From: Thermoanaerobaculia bacterium
Lineage (GTDB): Bacteria; Acidobacteriota; Thermoanaerobaculia; UBA5066
DNA: 64,000 bases
Direction: 5' to 3'
Assembly: GCA_038245905.1 (NCBI GenBank)
Contig: JBBRRY010000003.1
Location: 1-64,000 of the forward strand
Positions 1-10,112 of this stretch are shown piece by piece. Within the stretch, counting starts at the first letter, position 1. Every line of letters starts with the position of its first letter. A program made the translations under genes and the position numbers. The notes beneath the pieces are model-generated. The model saw only the letters and a list, made by a program, of their open reading frames with translations, searched no databases and was not told where the DNA came from.

Positions 1-1
1 C

Positions 2-1099
2 CACCCGACGCCGCTGGCGTTCGGGCTTCTCATGTCGAGCTATTCGGCGATGCAGTTCCTCTTCGCGCCGATTCTCGGGCGCCTGTCGGACCGCTTCGGA
101 CGGCGCCCCGTGATCCTCTTTTCGCTCGCGGGGACGGTGATCGGCTATCTCCTCTTCGCGTTCGCGCACTCGCTCGCGCTGCTCTTCGCGTCGCGCCTCC
201 TCGACGGCGCCACCGGCGGAAACATCGGCACCGCGCAGGCGATCATCGCCGACACGACGAGCCGGGAAGACCGCGCGCGCGGCATGGGCCTCGTCGGCAT
301 GGCGTTCGGCCTCGGGTTCATCTTCGGACCGGCGATCGGCGGGTTCACCGTCGGGATCTCCCAGGCGGCGCCCGGCCTCGCGGCCGCGCTGCTCTCGTTC
401 GCCGCGTTCCTGTGGGCCTTCTTCAAACTGCCCGAGACGCGCCACGAAGGCGGCTCGGGCGCGCGGTTCTCGGTCTTCTCGTTCGCGACGCTCGCGCGTG
501 CGTTCCGCCGGCCAGAGATCGGCGCCCTCATGCTGCTCTCCCTCGTCACGACGACCGCCTTCGCCACGTTCGAGTCCACGTTCGCCCAGTTCGTGTCGCT
601 CAGGCTCTCGGCCGGCCCTTCCACCGTGGCATGGTTCTTCGTCTTCGTAGGCGTGTGCTCGGCCATCGTCCAGGGCGTCCTCGTGCGGCGCCTCGTGAAG
701 CGCTTCGGCGAAGGGCGGCTCGTCGTCCTCGGAGGCGCGCTCCTCATCGCGGGTTTCCTCGGCCTCAAGTTCGCGGACTCGGTCCCGATCCTCCTCCTCA
801 TGATCGCCACGATCGCTCTCGGGATCGGCATCACGACGCCGACGCTGTCGTCCCTCGTCAGCAAGCGTTCGGCCGCGGCCGAGCAGGGCGAGATCCTGGG
901 CGCCTACCAGTCGATGGGTTCTCTGGGGCGGGTCCTCGGGCCCTTCGGAAGCGAGAACCTCTACTTCCGCGTCGGGCCCGACTGGCCGCACGTGGCCGCC
1001 GCCGCGCTCGAGGCTGGGGCGCTCGTGCTTTCCGCGACTTCTCTCCTGAGAGACAATGGCCGCGCCGCGGGCGCCGCGGAGCCAGAGAAAGCCGGGTGA
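2..1099 (+). CDS. MFS transporter, TetA/DHA1-like (5' partial)
   Basis: MFS motif A GRLSDRFGRRP and antiporter motif C GFIFGPAIGG; hydrophobic helices; frame open from the window start. Confidence 0.9.
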   Translation, partial: HPTPLAFGLLMSSYSAMQFLFAPILGRLSDRFGRRPVILFSLAGTVIGYLLFAFAHSLALLFASRLLDGATGGNIGTAQAIIADTTSREDRARGMGLVGMAFGLGFIFGPAIGGFTVGISQAAPGLAAALLSFAAFLWAFFKLPETRHEGGSGARFSVFSFATLARAFRRPEIGALMLLSLVTTTAFATFESTFAQFVSLRLSAGPSTVAWFFVFVGVCSAIVQGVLVRRLVKRFGEGRLVVLGGALLIAGFLGLKFADSVPILLLMIATIALGIGITTPTLSSLVSKRSAAAEQGEILGAYQSMGSLGRVLGPFGSENLYFRVGPDWPHVAAAALEAGALVLSATSLLRDNGRAAGAAEPEKAG

Positions 1100-1104
1100 A
1101 TCTC

Positions 1105-1704
1105 ATGACGCCGCAAACGCCGACCGCCCATACCCTCTCGCGCGACTGCGCGGCCATCCGCATCCCGAGCGGCGAGCCCCTCGACCTACCCGCGGGCACT
1201 CCTGTTTACCTCACGCAGTCCTTGGGCGGCACCTTCACGGTGCAGGCGCCCTCTCTCGGCGGCCTCTTCCGCATCGCCGGAAAGGACGCGGACGCGCTTG
1301 GGCTCGACGTGCCGGCCGAGGCCGGGTCGGCCGCGGCGCAGGGACGGTCCCCGGTCGCGGGTGTCTCGGGTCCCTCCGGTCTCTCTGGTCCCGTGAACGA
1401 AACGGCCGTCTGGGACTGTCTCCGGGCGGTCTACGACCCCGAGATCCCCGTCAACATCGTGGACCTCGGCCTCGTGTACGACCTCCGCATCCTGCCCGCG
1501 TCTGCCGCCGGCGAGCGCGTCGAGGTGAAGATGACGCTCACGGCGCCTGGCTGCGGGATGGGCGGTGCGATCGCCGCGGACGCGCAATCCAAGATCGCGT
1601 CGGTACCGGGTGTGGCCGAGGCCGAAGTCCAAGTCGTGTGGGATCCGCCCTGGAGCGCCGAGATGATGACGCCCGAGGGAAAGAAGATCCTCGGGATCGC
1701 CTGA
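1105..1704 (+). CDS. sufT: SufT/PaaD-like (DUF59) Fe-S cluster assembly protein
   Basis: DPEIPVNIVDLGLVY, MTLTAPGCGMG and WDPPW motifs plus the N-terminal RDC..IPSG/TQSLGGTFTV domain; alternative GTG at 1096 overlaps the MFS stop. Confidence 0.85.
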   Translation: MTPQTPTAHTLSRDCAAIRIPSGEPLDLPAGTPVYLTQSLGGTFTVQAPSLGGLFRIAGKDADALGLDVPAEAGSAAAQGRSPVAGVSGPSGLSGPVNETAVWDCLRAVYDPEIPVNIVDLGLVYDLRILPASAAGERVEVKMTLTAPGCGMGGAIAADAQSKIASVPGVAEAEVQVVWDPPWSAEMMTPEGKKILGIA

Positions 1705-1714
1705 CGGCAAACCT

Positions 1715-2056
1715 CTACTGAAGCCTGATTCTCCCCGAGAAGCCCTCCTGATAGCCGTGGAAGAACGACAGGGATTCCTCGGGCCACTTCCAGCAGTAGT
1801 AACCAGCGCCCGAGTCGAAGTCCACGAGCCACGGGCCCTTCACCTCGATGCCGAGCTCCTCGATCTCGCTCGCCCAGTCCGCCAGCTTTTGAGCGACGGC
1901 CTTCTCGGCGAGGTCCTCGGCGGCTTCCGTCCCGTCGTCTCCCGGCACAGTGAGGTTCGAAAGCGCCTCGACCGCGCGCCGTGTCCGCTCGCGCACCTCC
2001 CGAAGGAGGGCGCGCGCTTCCTCGAACGTGAAGGTCCTCTTTTGCGGCTCTGTCAC
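1715..2056 (-). CDS. DUF2203 family protein
   Basis: FTFEEARALL N-terminus; GIEVKG..LVDF...YCWKWPE..L.FFHG..EGF.GR pattern. Confidence 0.8.
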   Translation of the reverse strand: MTEPQKRTFTFEEARALLREVRERTRRAVEALSNLTVPGDDGTEAAEDLAEKAVAQKLADWASEIEELGIEVKGPWLVDFDSGAGYYCWKWPEESLSFFHGYQEGFSGRIRLQ

Positions 2057-2094
2057 GCGAGGAGGATAGCGCGGCTTGGTTCTATGATCCTCTC

Positions 2095-3261
2095 GTGAGG
2101 CCGCTCGCGACCGGCGCCGAAGACGTCGAGGCCGGGGCCGTCCGCCTCCGCCGCGAGATCCACGCCCGCCCGGAGACCGCGTTCCTGGAGGTCGAGACGG
2201 CTCGCACCGTCGCCGGCCGCATGGCTGCGCGCGGATTGGCCGTGCGGACGGGCATCGGAGAGACAGGCGTCGTGGCCGTCCTCGACACGGGGCGACCCGG
2301 AAAGACCGTCCTCCTTCGCGCCGATCTGGACGCGCTTCCGATCGTCGAGAAGACGAGCCTGCCCTTCGCCGCCACGAACGGCCGGATGCACGCGTGCGGC
2401 CACGACGGCCACGTCGCCGCTCTCGACGCGGCCTCGGACCTCCTCCTTCTCGACCTCCCGGCGCGCGGGCGCGTCGTCTTCGCTTTTCAGCCGGGCGAAG
2501 AGGGGGCCGGCGGCGCGAAGGCCATGATCGCGGACGGGGTTCTCGACGACCCCCGGCCCGACGCGGTCTTCGGCATCCACCTGTGGACGGCCCTGCCGCT
2601 CGCTTCCGTCGGCATCGCGCGCGGCGCCATGATGGCGGCCGTCGACGAGTTCCGGATCGACGTGACGAGCCCGGGCGGACACGCCGCCTCGCCCCACGAG
2701 ACGCGCGATACGATCGTCGCGGCTGCTCACGTCGTCACGGCGCTCCAGACGATCGTCTCGCGGCGGCTGTCGCCTCTCCTGCCGGCGGTCGTCTCCGTCA
2801 CCTCGGTGCACGGCGGCTCGGCGTTCAACATCCTGCCCGACTGCGTCACGCTGACCGGAACGTGCCGGTCGTTCGACGCCGAGGTCGAGGACCGCCTGCC
2901 GTCCCTCGTCCAGGAGGTCGCGGAGCGCGCCGCCGGGTCCCTCGGGTGCCTCGCGAAGACCGTCTACCGCCGCATCAATCCGGCCGTCGTGAACCATCCG
3001 GCCGAGGCCGCGCGCGCCCTCCGTGTCGCCCGGTCGCTGACGACGAGCGGGAGCGTGACAGAGACCTGCCGGACGATGGGAGGGGAGGACTTCTCGGAGT
3101 TCCTTGCGCGAGTTCCCGGGGCCTTCGCGTTCGTCGGTGCGGCCCGCACCGAGGGACCGCACGGCCCGCATCACGCGCCCGACTTCGACTTCGACGAGCG
3201 CGCGCTGCTCCCCGCCGCCCGGCTTCTCGCCGGTTTCGCGCGCGACGTGCTCGCGGACTGA
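2095..3261 (+). CDS. M20D family amidohydrolase
   Basis: RADLDALP, MHACGHDGH, FQPGEEG, GGHAA.PH, EDFS and HH.P.FD motifs. Confidence 0.92.
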   Translation: MRPLATGAEDVEAGAVRLRREIHARPETAFLEVETARTVAGRMAARGLAVRTGIGETGVVAVLDTGRPGKTVLLRADLDALPIVEKTSLPFAATNGRMHACGHDGHVAALDAASDLLLLDLPARGRVVFAFQPGEEGAGGAKAMIADGVLDDPRPDAVFGIHLWTALPLASVGIARGAMMAAVDEFRIDVTSPGGHAASPHETRDTIVAAAHVVTALQTIVSRRLSPLLPAVVSVTSVHGGSAFNILPDCVTLTGTCRSFDAEVEDRLPSLVQEVAERAAGSLGCLAKTVYRRINPAVVNHPAEAARALRVARSLTTSGSVTETCRTMGGEDFSEFLARVPGAFAFVGAARTEGPHGPHHAPDFDFDERALLPAARLLAGFARDVLAD

Positions 3262-3280
3262 GACGCCGAGGCGAAAACGC

Positions 3281-4609
3281 TTGGCCGCCGCTCTCGTCCT
3301 CTACGGCGCCGCCGTGCTCTTCGTCGGCTTCTTCGCGGCGCGCGACGCCTCGCGTTCGACCGAGGCGTTTCTCCTCGGCGACCGCGGATTCGGCGCGTTT
3401 TCGGCCTGGGCCGCGCTTTCCTCCACCGTGATCGGCGGGTCCACGACCCTCGTCCTCGCCGCTCTCGTGGCCGCGAAGGGGCTCCCCGCGCTGTGGCTCG
3501 ATCTCGCGGGAGCCCTCGGCCTTCTCGCGCTCGGCCTTTTTCTCGCCGCCCGCGTGCGCGCCACGGGCGCGACGACGATCGCGGAGGTCATCGGAAGAAC
3601 GTATGGACCCGGCGTGCGGAAGATCGCGGCGTTTCTCGTCATCCTCGCCGAGATCGTCTGGTTCGCGCTCCTGACCGAAGCCACCCAGATCGTCGTCGTC
3701 GCGACGACGCCCTGGGAGCCCACACGCGTCCTGGTCCTGACGGCGGTCCTCTTCGTGACGTACACGGCGCTCGGCGGGCAGCGCGCCGTCGTGAGGACCG
3801 ATCTCCTGCAGTTCGCTCTCATGGTGACGGGGCTCCTCGCGATCGCGCTTCCGCTCGCCGTGCGGTCCCTCGCCGCCGTACCCGCGCCCGCGGCGCTCCT
3901 GACTTTCCCAACAGGCCCGCGCTTCTCCTGGGGCGACGCGTTCGCGCTCCTCGTCCTTGTGGGACTTCCTCATGCCGTCGGAAGCGACGTGTGGTCCAAG
4001 CTCCTGTCGGCGCGGGACACGCGCGCCGCGCGCCGCGCCGCCCTCGGCGCATCCCTGTCCAAGCTGGTTTTCGGGCTCGCGACCGCCACCATCGCCCTCG
4101 CGGGGGTGGCCCGCGGCGTCGGCGGGCCCCCGGCGGAGCTCTTCCCCCGCACCGTGCTTCTCCTCGCGGGACCGGCGCTCGCCCCGCTTCTCCTCGTGGC
4201 GCTCGTCGCGACCATGCAGTCCTCGGCCGACTCCGTCCTCCTGTCGGCCGCGGCCGCCACGTCGAACGACCTCCTCGGGTCAAAGGGCGGTGTCGGCGCG
4301 TCGCGCCTCGCCGTCGTGGCTTTCGGGGGATTCGGACTCGCGGTCGCCCTCGCGATGCGCGACCTCGTCGAGACGTTCCGCCTCGGCTACACCCTCTTCG
4401 CGTCCGGTCTCATCCTGCCCGCTCTCGTCGCGTTTCTGCCGCGGGTGCTCGTGGACCGGCGTTTCGCGGGAGCGGCGATGCTTCTCGGCGGCGGCGCGGC
4501 GATGCTCGAGCGGTTCGCCCATCCGCTGGGCGTGGATCCAGTCCTCGCGGGCACGGGCGTGAACGCGCTCGTCCTGATTCTCGGCTTGCGTAAGCCTGGG
4601 GACAGTTGA
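3281..4609 (+). CDS. Sodium:solute symporter family protein
   Basis: YTALGGQRAVVRTDLLQF and MQSSADS SSS motifs; many TM helices; TTG start inferred. Confidence 0.85.
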   Translation: MAAALVLYGAAVLFVGFFAARDASRSTEAFLLGDRGFGAFSAWAALSSTVIGGSTTLVLAALVAAKGLPALWLDLAGALGLLALGLFLAARVRATGATTIAEVIGRTYGPGVRKIAAFLVILAEIVWFALLTEATQIVVVATTPWEPTRVLVLTAVLFVTYTALGGQRAVVRTDLLQFALMVTGLLAIALPLAVRSLAAVPAPAALLTFPTGPRFSWGDAFALLVLVGLPHAVGSDVWSKLLSARDTRAARRAALGASLSKLVFGLATATIALAGVARGVGGPPAELFPRTVLLLAGPALAPLLLVALVATMQSSADSVLLSAAAATSNDLLGSKGGVGASRLAVVAFGGFGLAVALAMRDLVETFRLGYTLFASGLILPALVAFLPRVLVDRRFAGAAMLLGGGAAMLERFAHPLGVDPVLAGTGVNALVLILGLRKPGDS

Positions 4610-4623
4610 AGTACGTATAGAAA

Positions 4624-5214
4624 CTAAGCCAGACCCGACACGCGCAGCGCCGCCGCGACGACGCCCGCACGCGATGCCGACGACGCCGAGCCGCTCTCGA
4701 GATCGCTTCCGTCCTGCGAGGCCACGAGGGCGCTGTCGAGAAACGCGAGGATCACGCGCGCGGCGTCGCCCGGAGCGTACGGCGGCTTCGCGCCCGTCTC
4801 CGCGAGCGTGCGTGTCAGGAGGGCGATCCGGGTGTCCAGCGGCGTCTCGGCCGGCGAGGTGGGGCCGGCAAGCCTGTGCAGCAGGCTCAGGCGAGGCAGG
4901 GAAGGATGCGCGGCTCCGAAGTCCCAGAGGGCCTCGACGACCGCCGCCAACCGCTCGGCCGGGGCCTTGACGCCGCCGGGAACGGTGATTTCCGCACTCG
5001 ACGCCGCGTCGATGACCGCGCGGTAGAGTTTTTCTTTGTTTCCGAAGTGGTAGTGCAGCGTGGCGACATTCACGCCCGCTCGGGCGGCCACCTGCCGGGT
5101 TGTCGCGCCGACAAATCCTGCCGTCGCAAAGCTTTCTTCCGCGGCGAGCAGGATGCCGCGCCGGGTTTCTGCGGGGTTCCCGTCACGGGGCCGTCCAACG
5201 CTTCGCTTGCTCAT
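4624..5214 (-). CDS. TetR/AcrR family transcriptional regulator
   Basis: GRP...TR..IL.AA...F...GF...TTRQVAARAGVNVATLHYHFGNKE HTH. Confidence 0.9.
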   Translation of the reverse strand: MSKRSVGRPRDGNPAETRRGILLAAEESFATAGFVGATTRQVAARAGVNVATLHYHFGNKEKLYRAVIDAASSAEITVPGGVKAPAERLAAVVEALWDFGAAHPSLPRLSLLHRLAGPTSPAETPLDTRIALLTRTLAETGAKPPYAPGDAARVILAFLDSALVASQDGSDLESGSASSASRAGVVAAALRVSGLA

Positions 5215-5341
5215 CACATCCCTCTCCGTTCTTACGCAACTGATTCTGCGATGGATTCTCATTCAATGCGAGGGGGGCCGTTCGCCCAGTCGCGGAACCC
5301 TGCTAGCCTCGGCGAGGGTGGCCGCGAAAAATCCTCTTTCC

Positions 5342-6160
5342 GTGACAATCCGGGCGGCCCGCCCCGCGGAACCCGTCCCGCCGCTCCGGGATGCGGATCT
5401 CGCTCACGCCCGCGCCACGGACCCCGATGGCGCGTTCGTCGCCCGGGACGCGGAGGGGCGGGCCGTCGGCACGGCCTGGGCCGCCGTCCGCGAGGACACG
5501 CTCCTCCTCCTCGCCCTCGATGTCGGCGCGCCCCACCGCGGCAGGGGCATCGGCCGCGCGCTCCTCGCGGCGGCCCGTGCGTACGGCGCGGCGCGCGGCG
5601 CTCGTGCCCTCGAGGCGCTCTCGCCGGACGAGCCGTCGGCTCTCGCGTTCTTTCTCGGCGCCGGTCTTTCCCTTCGCGCGCTCATCCTCGGGATGGAGGC
5701 CGCGCCGGCCCCCGAATCGCAGGCGCCGGGCTCCCCGCTCACGCCCGTCGGACCCGGCGCCCCGCTCTCCGGCTGGATCGCAGCTCTCGACCGCGAGACC
5801 CGCGGGTTCGCGCGCCCGCGCGATTGGGGCCGCCGGGCCCTGGCGGGTCACGTCGTCTCGTGGAAGCGCGGGGGGCGGCCCGTGGCCGTCGGCGCGTGGT
5901 ACGACGAGGCGAGCGGTTCTGGGACCGTGCTCGGCCCGATCGCGGCGAAGACTCCCGAGGCTGCCGCGGACTTCCTTCCGCTGCTCGCGGCACGGTCCCC
6001 AGGAAAGCGCCTCTCCCTCGCGCTCCCTTCAGAGGCCCGGACTCTTCTTCTCGCCGCGGGCGCTCTCGGCTTCCGCGCGGTCTCGACCCGCGCACTCCTG
6101 TCCGACCGGCGCCGCGGCGATTTTCGCCGCTATGCGGGGGGCGGCGGCCGCTTCTTCTGA
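5342..6160 (+). CDS. GNAT family N-acetyltransferase (two-domain)
   Basis: V..PHRGRGIGRALL acetyl-CoA-binding motif; C-terminal LGPIAA region; GTG start inferred. Confidence 0.75.
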   Translation: MTIRAARPAEPVPPLRDADLAHARATDPDGAFVARDAEGRAVGTAWAAVREDTLLLLALDVGAPHRGRGIGRALLAAARAYGAARGARALEALSPDEPSALAFFLGAGLSLRALILGMEAAPAPESQAPGSPLTPVGPGAPLSGWIAALDRETRGFARPRDWGRRALAGHVVSWKRGGRPVAVGAWYDEASGSGTVLGPIAAKTPEAAADFLPLLAARSPGKRLSLALPSEARTLLLAAGALGFRAVSTRALLSDRRRGDFRRYAGGGGRFF

Positions 6161-6272
6161 AAAGAAGCGGGGCCCCGGCGTCACTTCCGTGGGGACGGGC
6201 TAAACTTCCGGCCGGCTTCTTGCGTCTGACAAGTGTCTGCCGGGCCTGAGCCATCAAAAGAGGAACACCAGA

Positions 6273-7553
6273 ATGCGTGTCAACATGTCAAACCGCCGCT
6301 CTTTCGCGTTGGTCGCGCTCGCCGCCTTTGCGGCTTTCCCGGTCCTCTCGCTTCTCCCCGGAACGCTGGCCGCGGACACGCCGGTGACGACCCAGTGGGT
6401 CGTCACGTCCGCCAAGGCCTCCGGGGGAGGGAACGACTACGTGACGTCCCTCCGGATCGTCAATCCAAACGCGACGGCGGCACCGGTCGACATGTATTTT
6501 CTGCCCGCTTCTTCCCTCGACGGAGCGAACAACGCGTTCGGCGACAACAGCGGCGCCCTCAAGGTGTCCGTGACCGTTCCCGCGAACCAGACGATCGCGC
6601 TCGACGACGTCGTCGCGACGAAGTTCGGAACGGCCGGCGCGGGCGGCATCCGCGTGGAGGCTCCCGGCACCGACGCGGGCGGGCGCCCCCTCGCCGTCTG
6701 GGTCCTCTCGCAGACGCTCGTCGTGAACGCGAAAAGCGCAACGGGCGTCTCCGGCACGAACGGCTTCGCGATCCCCTCCCAGAGCCAGGACCAGCTCGCC
6801 GCCGCCGGCGAGACGGCCTACGTGCCGTACATCTCGGGATCTCCCACGAGCACGAGCGGCTACCGGACGAACCTCTTTCTCCTCTCCGCGAACGGTGCGG
6901 GAAACACGGTCGTCAACGTCACGCTCCGCAAGGCGGACGGCACGTCGGCCGGGACGAAGACCCTCACGCTCGGCAAGTTCTCGCAGACGCAGATCAACGG
7001 CATCGCGAACTTCTTCGGGTACACGCCTGCCGCGAGCGAGACGAACATGACGGCGCTCGTGACCGTCGTGAGCGGCGGGCCCGTCGCAACCGGCGCCTCC
7101 GTCATCGACAACGCGATCGGCTCCATCAGCTACTCGCCGCCGGTAAAGATCCCTGTCGCCAACAACGGAGCGTACGGGCTGATCTTGAGCGACGGCTTCG
7201 GCTTCTCGGGGCGCGCCGACGTCTTCAAGGGCTCGTTCGATTACCTCTCCGCCGTAGTCGTGATCCCGACCTGCGCAGGCTCTCCCACGCTCTTCTTCAT
7301 CCAGGCCATCACAACGCCCCCGGATCAGAACGCCACGTTCACGAAGAACGCGGACGGCTCGACGTCGTTCGCGGGATCCCAATCGGACGGTGCTCCGTTC
7401 AGCGGGATCATCAAGACGAACTTTGACGGTTCCATCTACGGCACCCTCACGTACACGCGACCAGGCGGGCCCATTACCCAGGCGAATCCGTGCCCCGGCG
7501 CGTCCGTGACGTTCCCCTTCTCGGGCTCGAAGGGCCTGGTTCTCTTCGAATGA
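6273..7553 (+). CDS. Secreted beta-rich hypothetical protein
   Basis: Signal peptide; two similar units (YVTSLRIVNP / YRTNLFLLS); ASVIDN motif; Thr/Gly/Ser-rich; GAGG RBS upstream. Confidence 0.75.
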   Translation: MRVNMSNRRSFALVALAAFAAFPVLSLLPGTLAADTPVTTQWVVTSAKASGGGNDYVTSLRIVNPNATAAPVDMYFLPASSLDGANNAFGDNSGALKVSVTVPANQTIALDDVVATKFGTAGAGGIRVEAPGTDAGGRPLAVWVLSQTLVVNAKSATGVSGTNGFAIPSQSQDQLAAAGETAYVPYISGSPTSTSGYRTNLFLLSANGAGNTVVNVTLRKADGTSAGTKTLTLGKFSQTQINGIANFFGYTPAASETNMTALVTVVSGGPVATGASVIDNAIGSISYSPPVKIPVANNGAYGLILSDGFGFSGRADVFKGSFDYLSAVVVIPTCAGSPTLFFIQAITTPPDQNATFTKNADGSTSFAGSQSDGAPFSGIIKTNFDGSIYGTLTYTRPGGPITQANPCPGASVTFPFSGSKGLVLFE

Positions 7554-7939
7554 CAACCCGATTCTCGAGGCTCGCTCGCGTGACGCTCGCGGCTCTTTTC
7601 GTGGTCGCGGCCGTCGCGGCGTTTCCCGCGCGGGCGGCCGACCTCTACGGCAAGCCGCTGCGCGGCCTGACGCCCGTGACCGTCGCGTCCGTCGTCGCGG
7701 CGCCGGAGAAGTACGCCGCGAAGGCCGTGCGCGTCGAGGGGAAGAACGCGGGCACCGCGGGCCGCCCCGCGCTCAAGGACGGCGACAACGTCTTGCCGAT
7801 CGTCTCCGACGGGTCTTTCAAGCTCCCCGCGGACCTCGCGGGCGGATTTCTCGCGGCCGAGGGCCGAGGCCGCGCCGACAGCTCGGGCGCCGTCTTCGTG
7901 GCCACGGGGGTGGAAGTGCGGCGAGAGGAGCCTCGATGA
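7550..7939 (+). CDS. Secreted hypothetical protein (DUF4920/OB-fold-like)
   Basis: Signal peptide (ARA-A); YGKPL..TPVTV..VVA.PEKY..K.VRVEG; ATGA overlap with the upstream gene. Confidence 0.6.
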   Translation: MTTRFSRLARVTLAALFVVAAVAAFPARAADLYGKPLRGLTPVTVASVVAAPEKYAAKAVRVEGKNAGTAGRPALKDGDNVLPIVSDGSFKLPADLAGGFLAAEGRGRADSSGAVFVATGVEVRREEPR

Positions 7940-8463
7940 GGCCAGGCTCCCGCACCTCGACGGCGGTCCTGGCGGTTTCCCTCATCTTGGCGGGCGCCTG
8001 CCGGTCGCCCGAAGAAACCCGCTCCATGAACTTCGATCCGGAGACCACGGTGGGGGTTCTCGGTGCGGGCTGGGACGGCTTCGAGAAGACAGAGCTCGGG
8101 GATACGTTTGTCTGGGCGCACGGGCGCGAGGCGCGCCTCACGGTCGTGAGCCGTGGCGACGGTGACCGCCTCGTGCGGTTCCGCTGCTGGCCATTCAGTT
8201 TCCCGGGAGGACCGCCGCAGACGCTCACCCTCTACGTGAACGACAAGAAGACCGACGCCCTCACGCTCGGTGGCGAGCCTCGCGTGTACGCAGTCGCCGT
8301 TCCGCGCGCGTTCTGGAAGAAGGGGGCGAACGAGCTCAAGTTCGCGTTCGCGTACGCCGAGTCTCCGAAGGACCGTGTCAGCGGCGCCAACGACGAACGG
8401 ACACTGTCGGCTGCCTTCGACTGGCTCGAAATCCTGCGCCCCCGGCCGCCGACGAAAAAGTAG
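7936..8463 (+). CDS. Putative lipoprotein, beta-sandwich/galactose-binding-like
   Basis: Lipobox LAGAC; GW..FE...F.W, GANEL.F, D.R.LSAAFDWLEI; ATGA overlap. Confidence 0.65.
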   Translation: MRPGSRTSTAVLAVSLILAGACRSPEETRSMNFDPETTVGVLGAGWDGFEKTELGDTFVWAHGREARLTVVSRGDGDRLVRFRCWPFSFPGGPPQTLTLYVNDKKTDALTLGGEPRVYAVAVPRAFWKKGANELKFAFAYAESPKDRVSGANDERTLSAAFDWLEILRPRPPTKK

Positions 8464-8491
8464 CGGCGGCCGGGGATCGGTCCGAAATCGT

Positions 8492-9247
8492 CTACTTCTC
8501 GTCCACCGGGACCTGCGAGGAGACGAGATTGGGATAGAGCGTCTTCATGAACTTGAAGACCTCCTGGGGCTTGGCGTTCTCGCCCTGCCGCCACGCGACA
8601 TCACGGAATCGGTACTCCTGGTCCTTCGACTTCACGACCCACTCGAAGCACTCGTTTCCACCGGCCTTCTTGAGGCATGTGAGCTGTTGCTCGGTGATCT
8701 GCTTGGCCGTCAGGAGGGCATTCTTCGACGAGTCCCGGGCGTCCGTCCAACGCAGTGTCTCGTCCTTGAACTCGAGGACGCCTGAATCCCAACGGCTCTT
8801 GAACAACACGATGCCGCTGTTGCGCTTGGAAAGCCCTTCCCACCGGGCCGTCGTCGCGGGCATCGGCAACGGCGCGGGCGCGACGGCAGGGAAGGCGCCG
8901 GGAGTGGCCGTGGGCATTCCTCCGATCATCAGGGTGGACTTCCGCTCGGAAACCGCCGAAATCAGGCTCTCCGGGAGACCCGCGTTCCGGAGCTTGACGA
9001 TGTCCTCGGCCGAGAGGTCCCTCGCGAAGTCGGAGCTGGAGATGTACTTCTTGAGGAAGTCCTCGGAAAGATTTGCCTTCCAGAGCTTGATGATGTTTTC
9101 GACGAGGGTCGGGGTGGGCGTCGGCGAGAGGGCCGGGTCGGCGGGTGCCGCTGACCCATAAGTCGGTGTTGATGCGGGCTGTTGTCCGAGCATCGTACCC
9201 GAGACGAGCGCCGCCATGATCAATCCAATCGAGCACTTCATCTGCAT
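8492..9247 (-). CDS. Secreted hypothetical protein with helical repeat and possible PH-like C-terminal domain
   Basis: Signal peptide; IIKLWKANLSE/IVKLRNAGLPE repeat; Pro-rich linkers; GGAGG RBS. Confidence 0.7.
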   Translation of the reverse strand: MQMKCSIGLIMAALVSGTMLGQQPASTPTYGSAAPADPALSPTPTPTLVENIIKLWKANLSEDFLKKYISSSDFARDLSAEDIVKLRNAGLPESLISAVSERKSTLMIGGMPTATPGAFPAVAPAPLPMPATTARWEGLSKRNSGIVLFKSRWDSGVLEFKDETLRWTDARDSSKNALLTAKQITEQQLTCLKKAGGNECFEWVVKSKDQEYRFRDVAWRQGENAKPQEVFKFMKTLYPNLVSSQVPVDEK

Positions 9248-9359
9248 TCCTCCATTACGTTCGAAGCGCTTTCTACACCGAAATCGCTCCCTTTTCCAGC
9301 ACTACACGAATCGGGCCGAGGATTGCCGAAACCGGCGGGATGTCCCGTATCCTCGGCCC

Positions 9360-10058
9360 ATGTCGTGCTCCCGGCGTGTGATCGCCGCTACTCTTCTTCT
9401 TGCGTCCCTGCCCATTCTCTCGCAGCGGGCGCGGGCCGAGCAGGATCCGTGGTCGGCCCGCGTGCGCGCCCTCTCCGACGTCCCCCTCGCGACCTTCCAG
9501 GGGGTGGATTGCGTTTCGATCCGCGCGCCTCGCGACATCGTGTGGCGGCTTCTCGTGGCTCCCGAATACGCCGCGGCGTGGTTCTTCGCGGACTCGCCGA
9601 AATTGAAGCCGCGCGGAGCCCGATACAAGAAGGGTCCGACGGCCGAAAAAGGTGATGTCCTCTTGCTCGAGGCGACGACCAGCGAGGGGCCCCGGCATCT
9701 CGACCTCTCGGTGATCGTCGCCGCGCCGCCCGACATCCTGTCGTTCCTCGTGCGCTCCGACGACGCCGACCTTGTCGAAAAAGGCATCGAGCGGCTCTCG
9801 TACACGTTCGGGCTAGAGTCCCTTCCGGACGGCGTCACCGACCTCACCCTCGCCTCTCACTACGATTCGGACTCGCCATTCGCAGCGCTCCTGTCCCCCG
9901 CGGCCGCCCGGCACCAGCGCGAGAGACGGAAGGCGATTCTCGAGATGTTCCGCCTCATCGCGGAAGAAGCCGCGCGGCAGAAGTATCCGCCGCTGCACGA
10001 AGTTGTCCTCACGCCGCCCCCTCCGCGCGTCTACAAGACCCTTCCTCCCCGCAAATGA
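9360..10058 (+). CDS. Exported SRPBCC/START-like protein
   Basis: Signal peptide; VSIRAPRDIVWRLL..PE...AWF SRPBCC-type N-terminus. Confidence 0.6.
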   Translation: MSCSRRVIAATLLLASLPILSQRARAEQDPWSARVRALSDVPLATFQGVDCVSIRAPRDIVWRLLVAPEYAAAWFFADSPKLKPRGARYKKGPTAEKGDVLLLEATTSEGPRHLDLSVIVAAPPDILSFLVRSDDADLVEKGIERLSYTFGLESLPDGVTDLTLASHYDSDSPFAALLSPAAARHQRERRKAILEMFRLIAEEAARQKYPPLHEVVLTPPPPRVYKTLPPRK

Positions 10059-10085
10059 AAAGCGGGGGCGCGCCTGCGCCCCCGC
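10058..10085 (-). terminator. Intrinsic terminator for the DUF1573 gene
   Basis: Perfect 10-bp stem GCGGGGGCGC-gcct-GCGCCCCCGC (10062-10085) followed by TTTTCATTT on the minus strand. Confidence 0.8.
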
Positions 10086-10112
10086 CCGATTCCTCGGCTG
10101 CCAGCAGCAAGG

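Noticed and set aside
5257-5272. CATT-C-AATG palindrome as a TetR operator
   Set aside because: Too short and imperfect to support
6160-6272. Possible c-di-GMP-I riboswitch (GTGGGGACG...CTTCCGGCC) with an inverted repeat
   Set aside because: Lacks GGCAAACC, the GNRA loop and GCAAAG; TAAACT is better read as a -10 element
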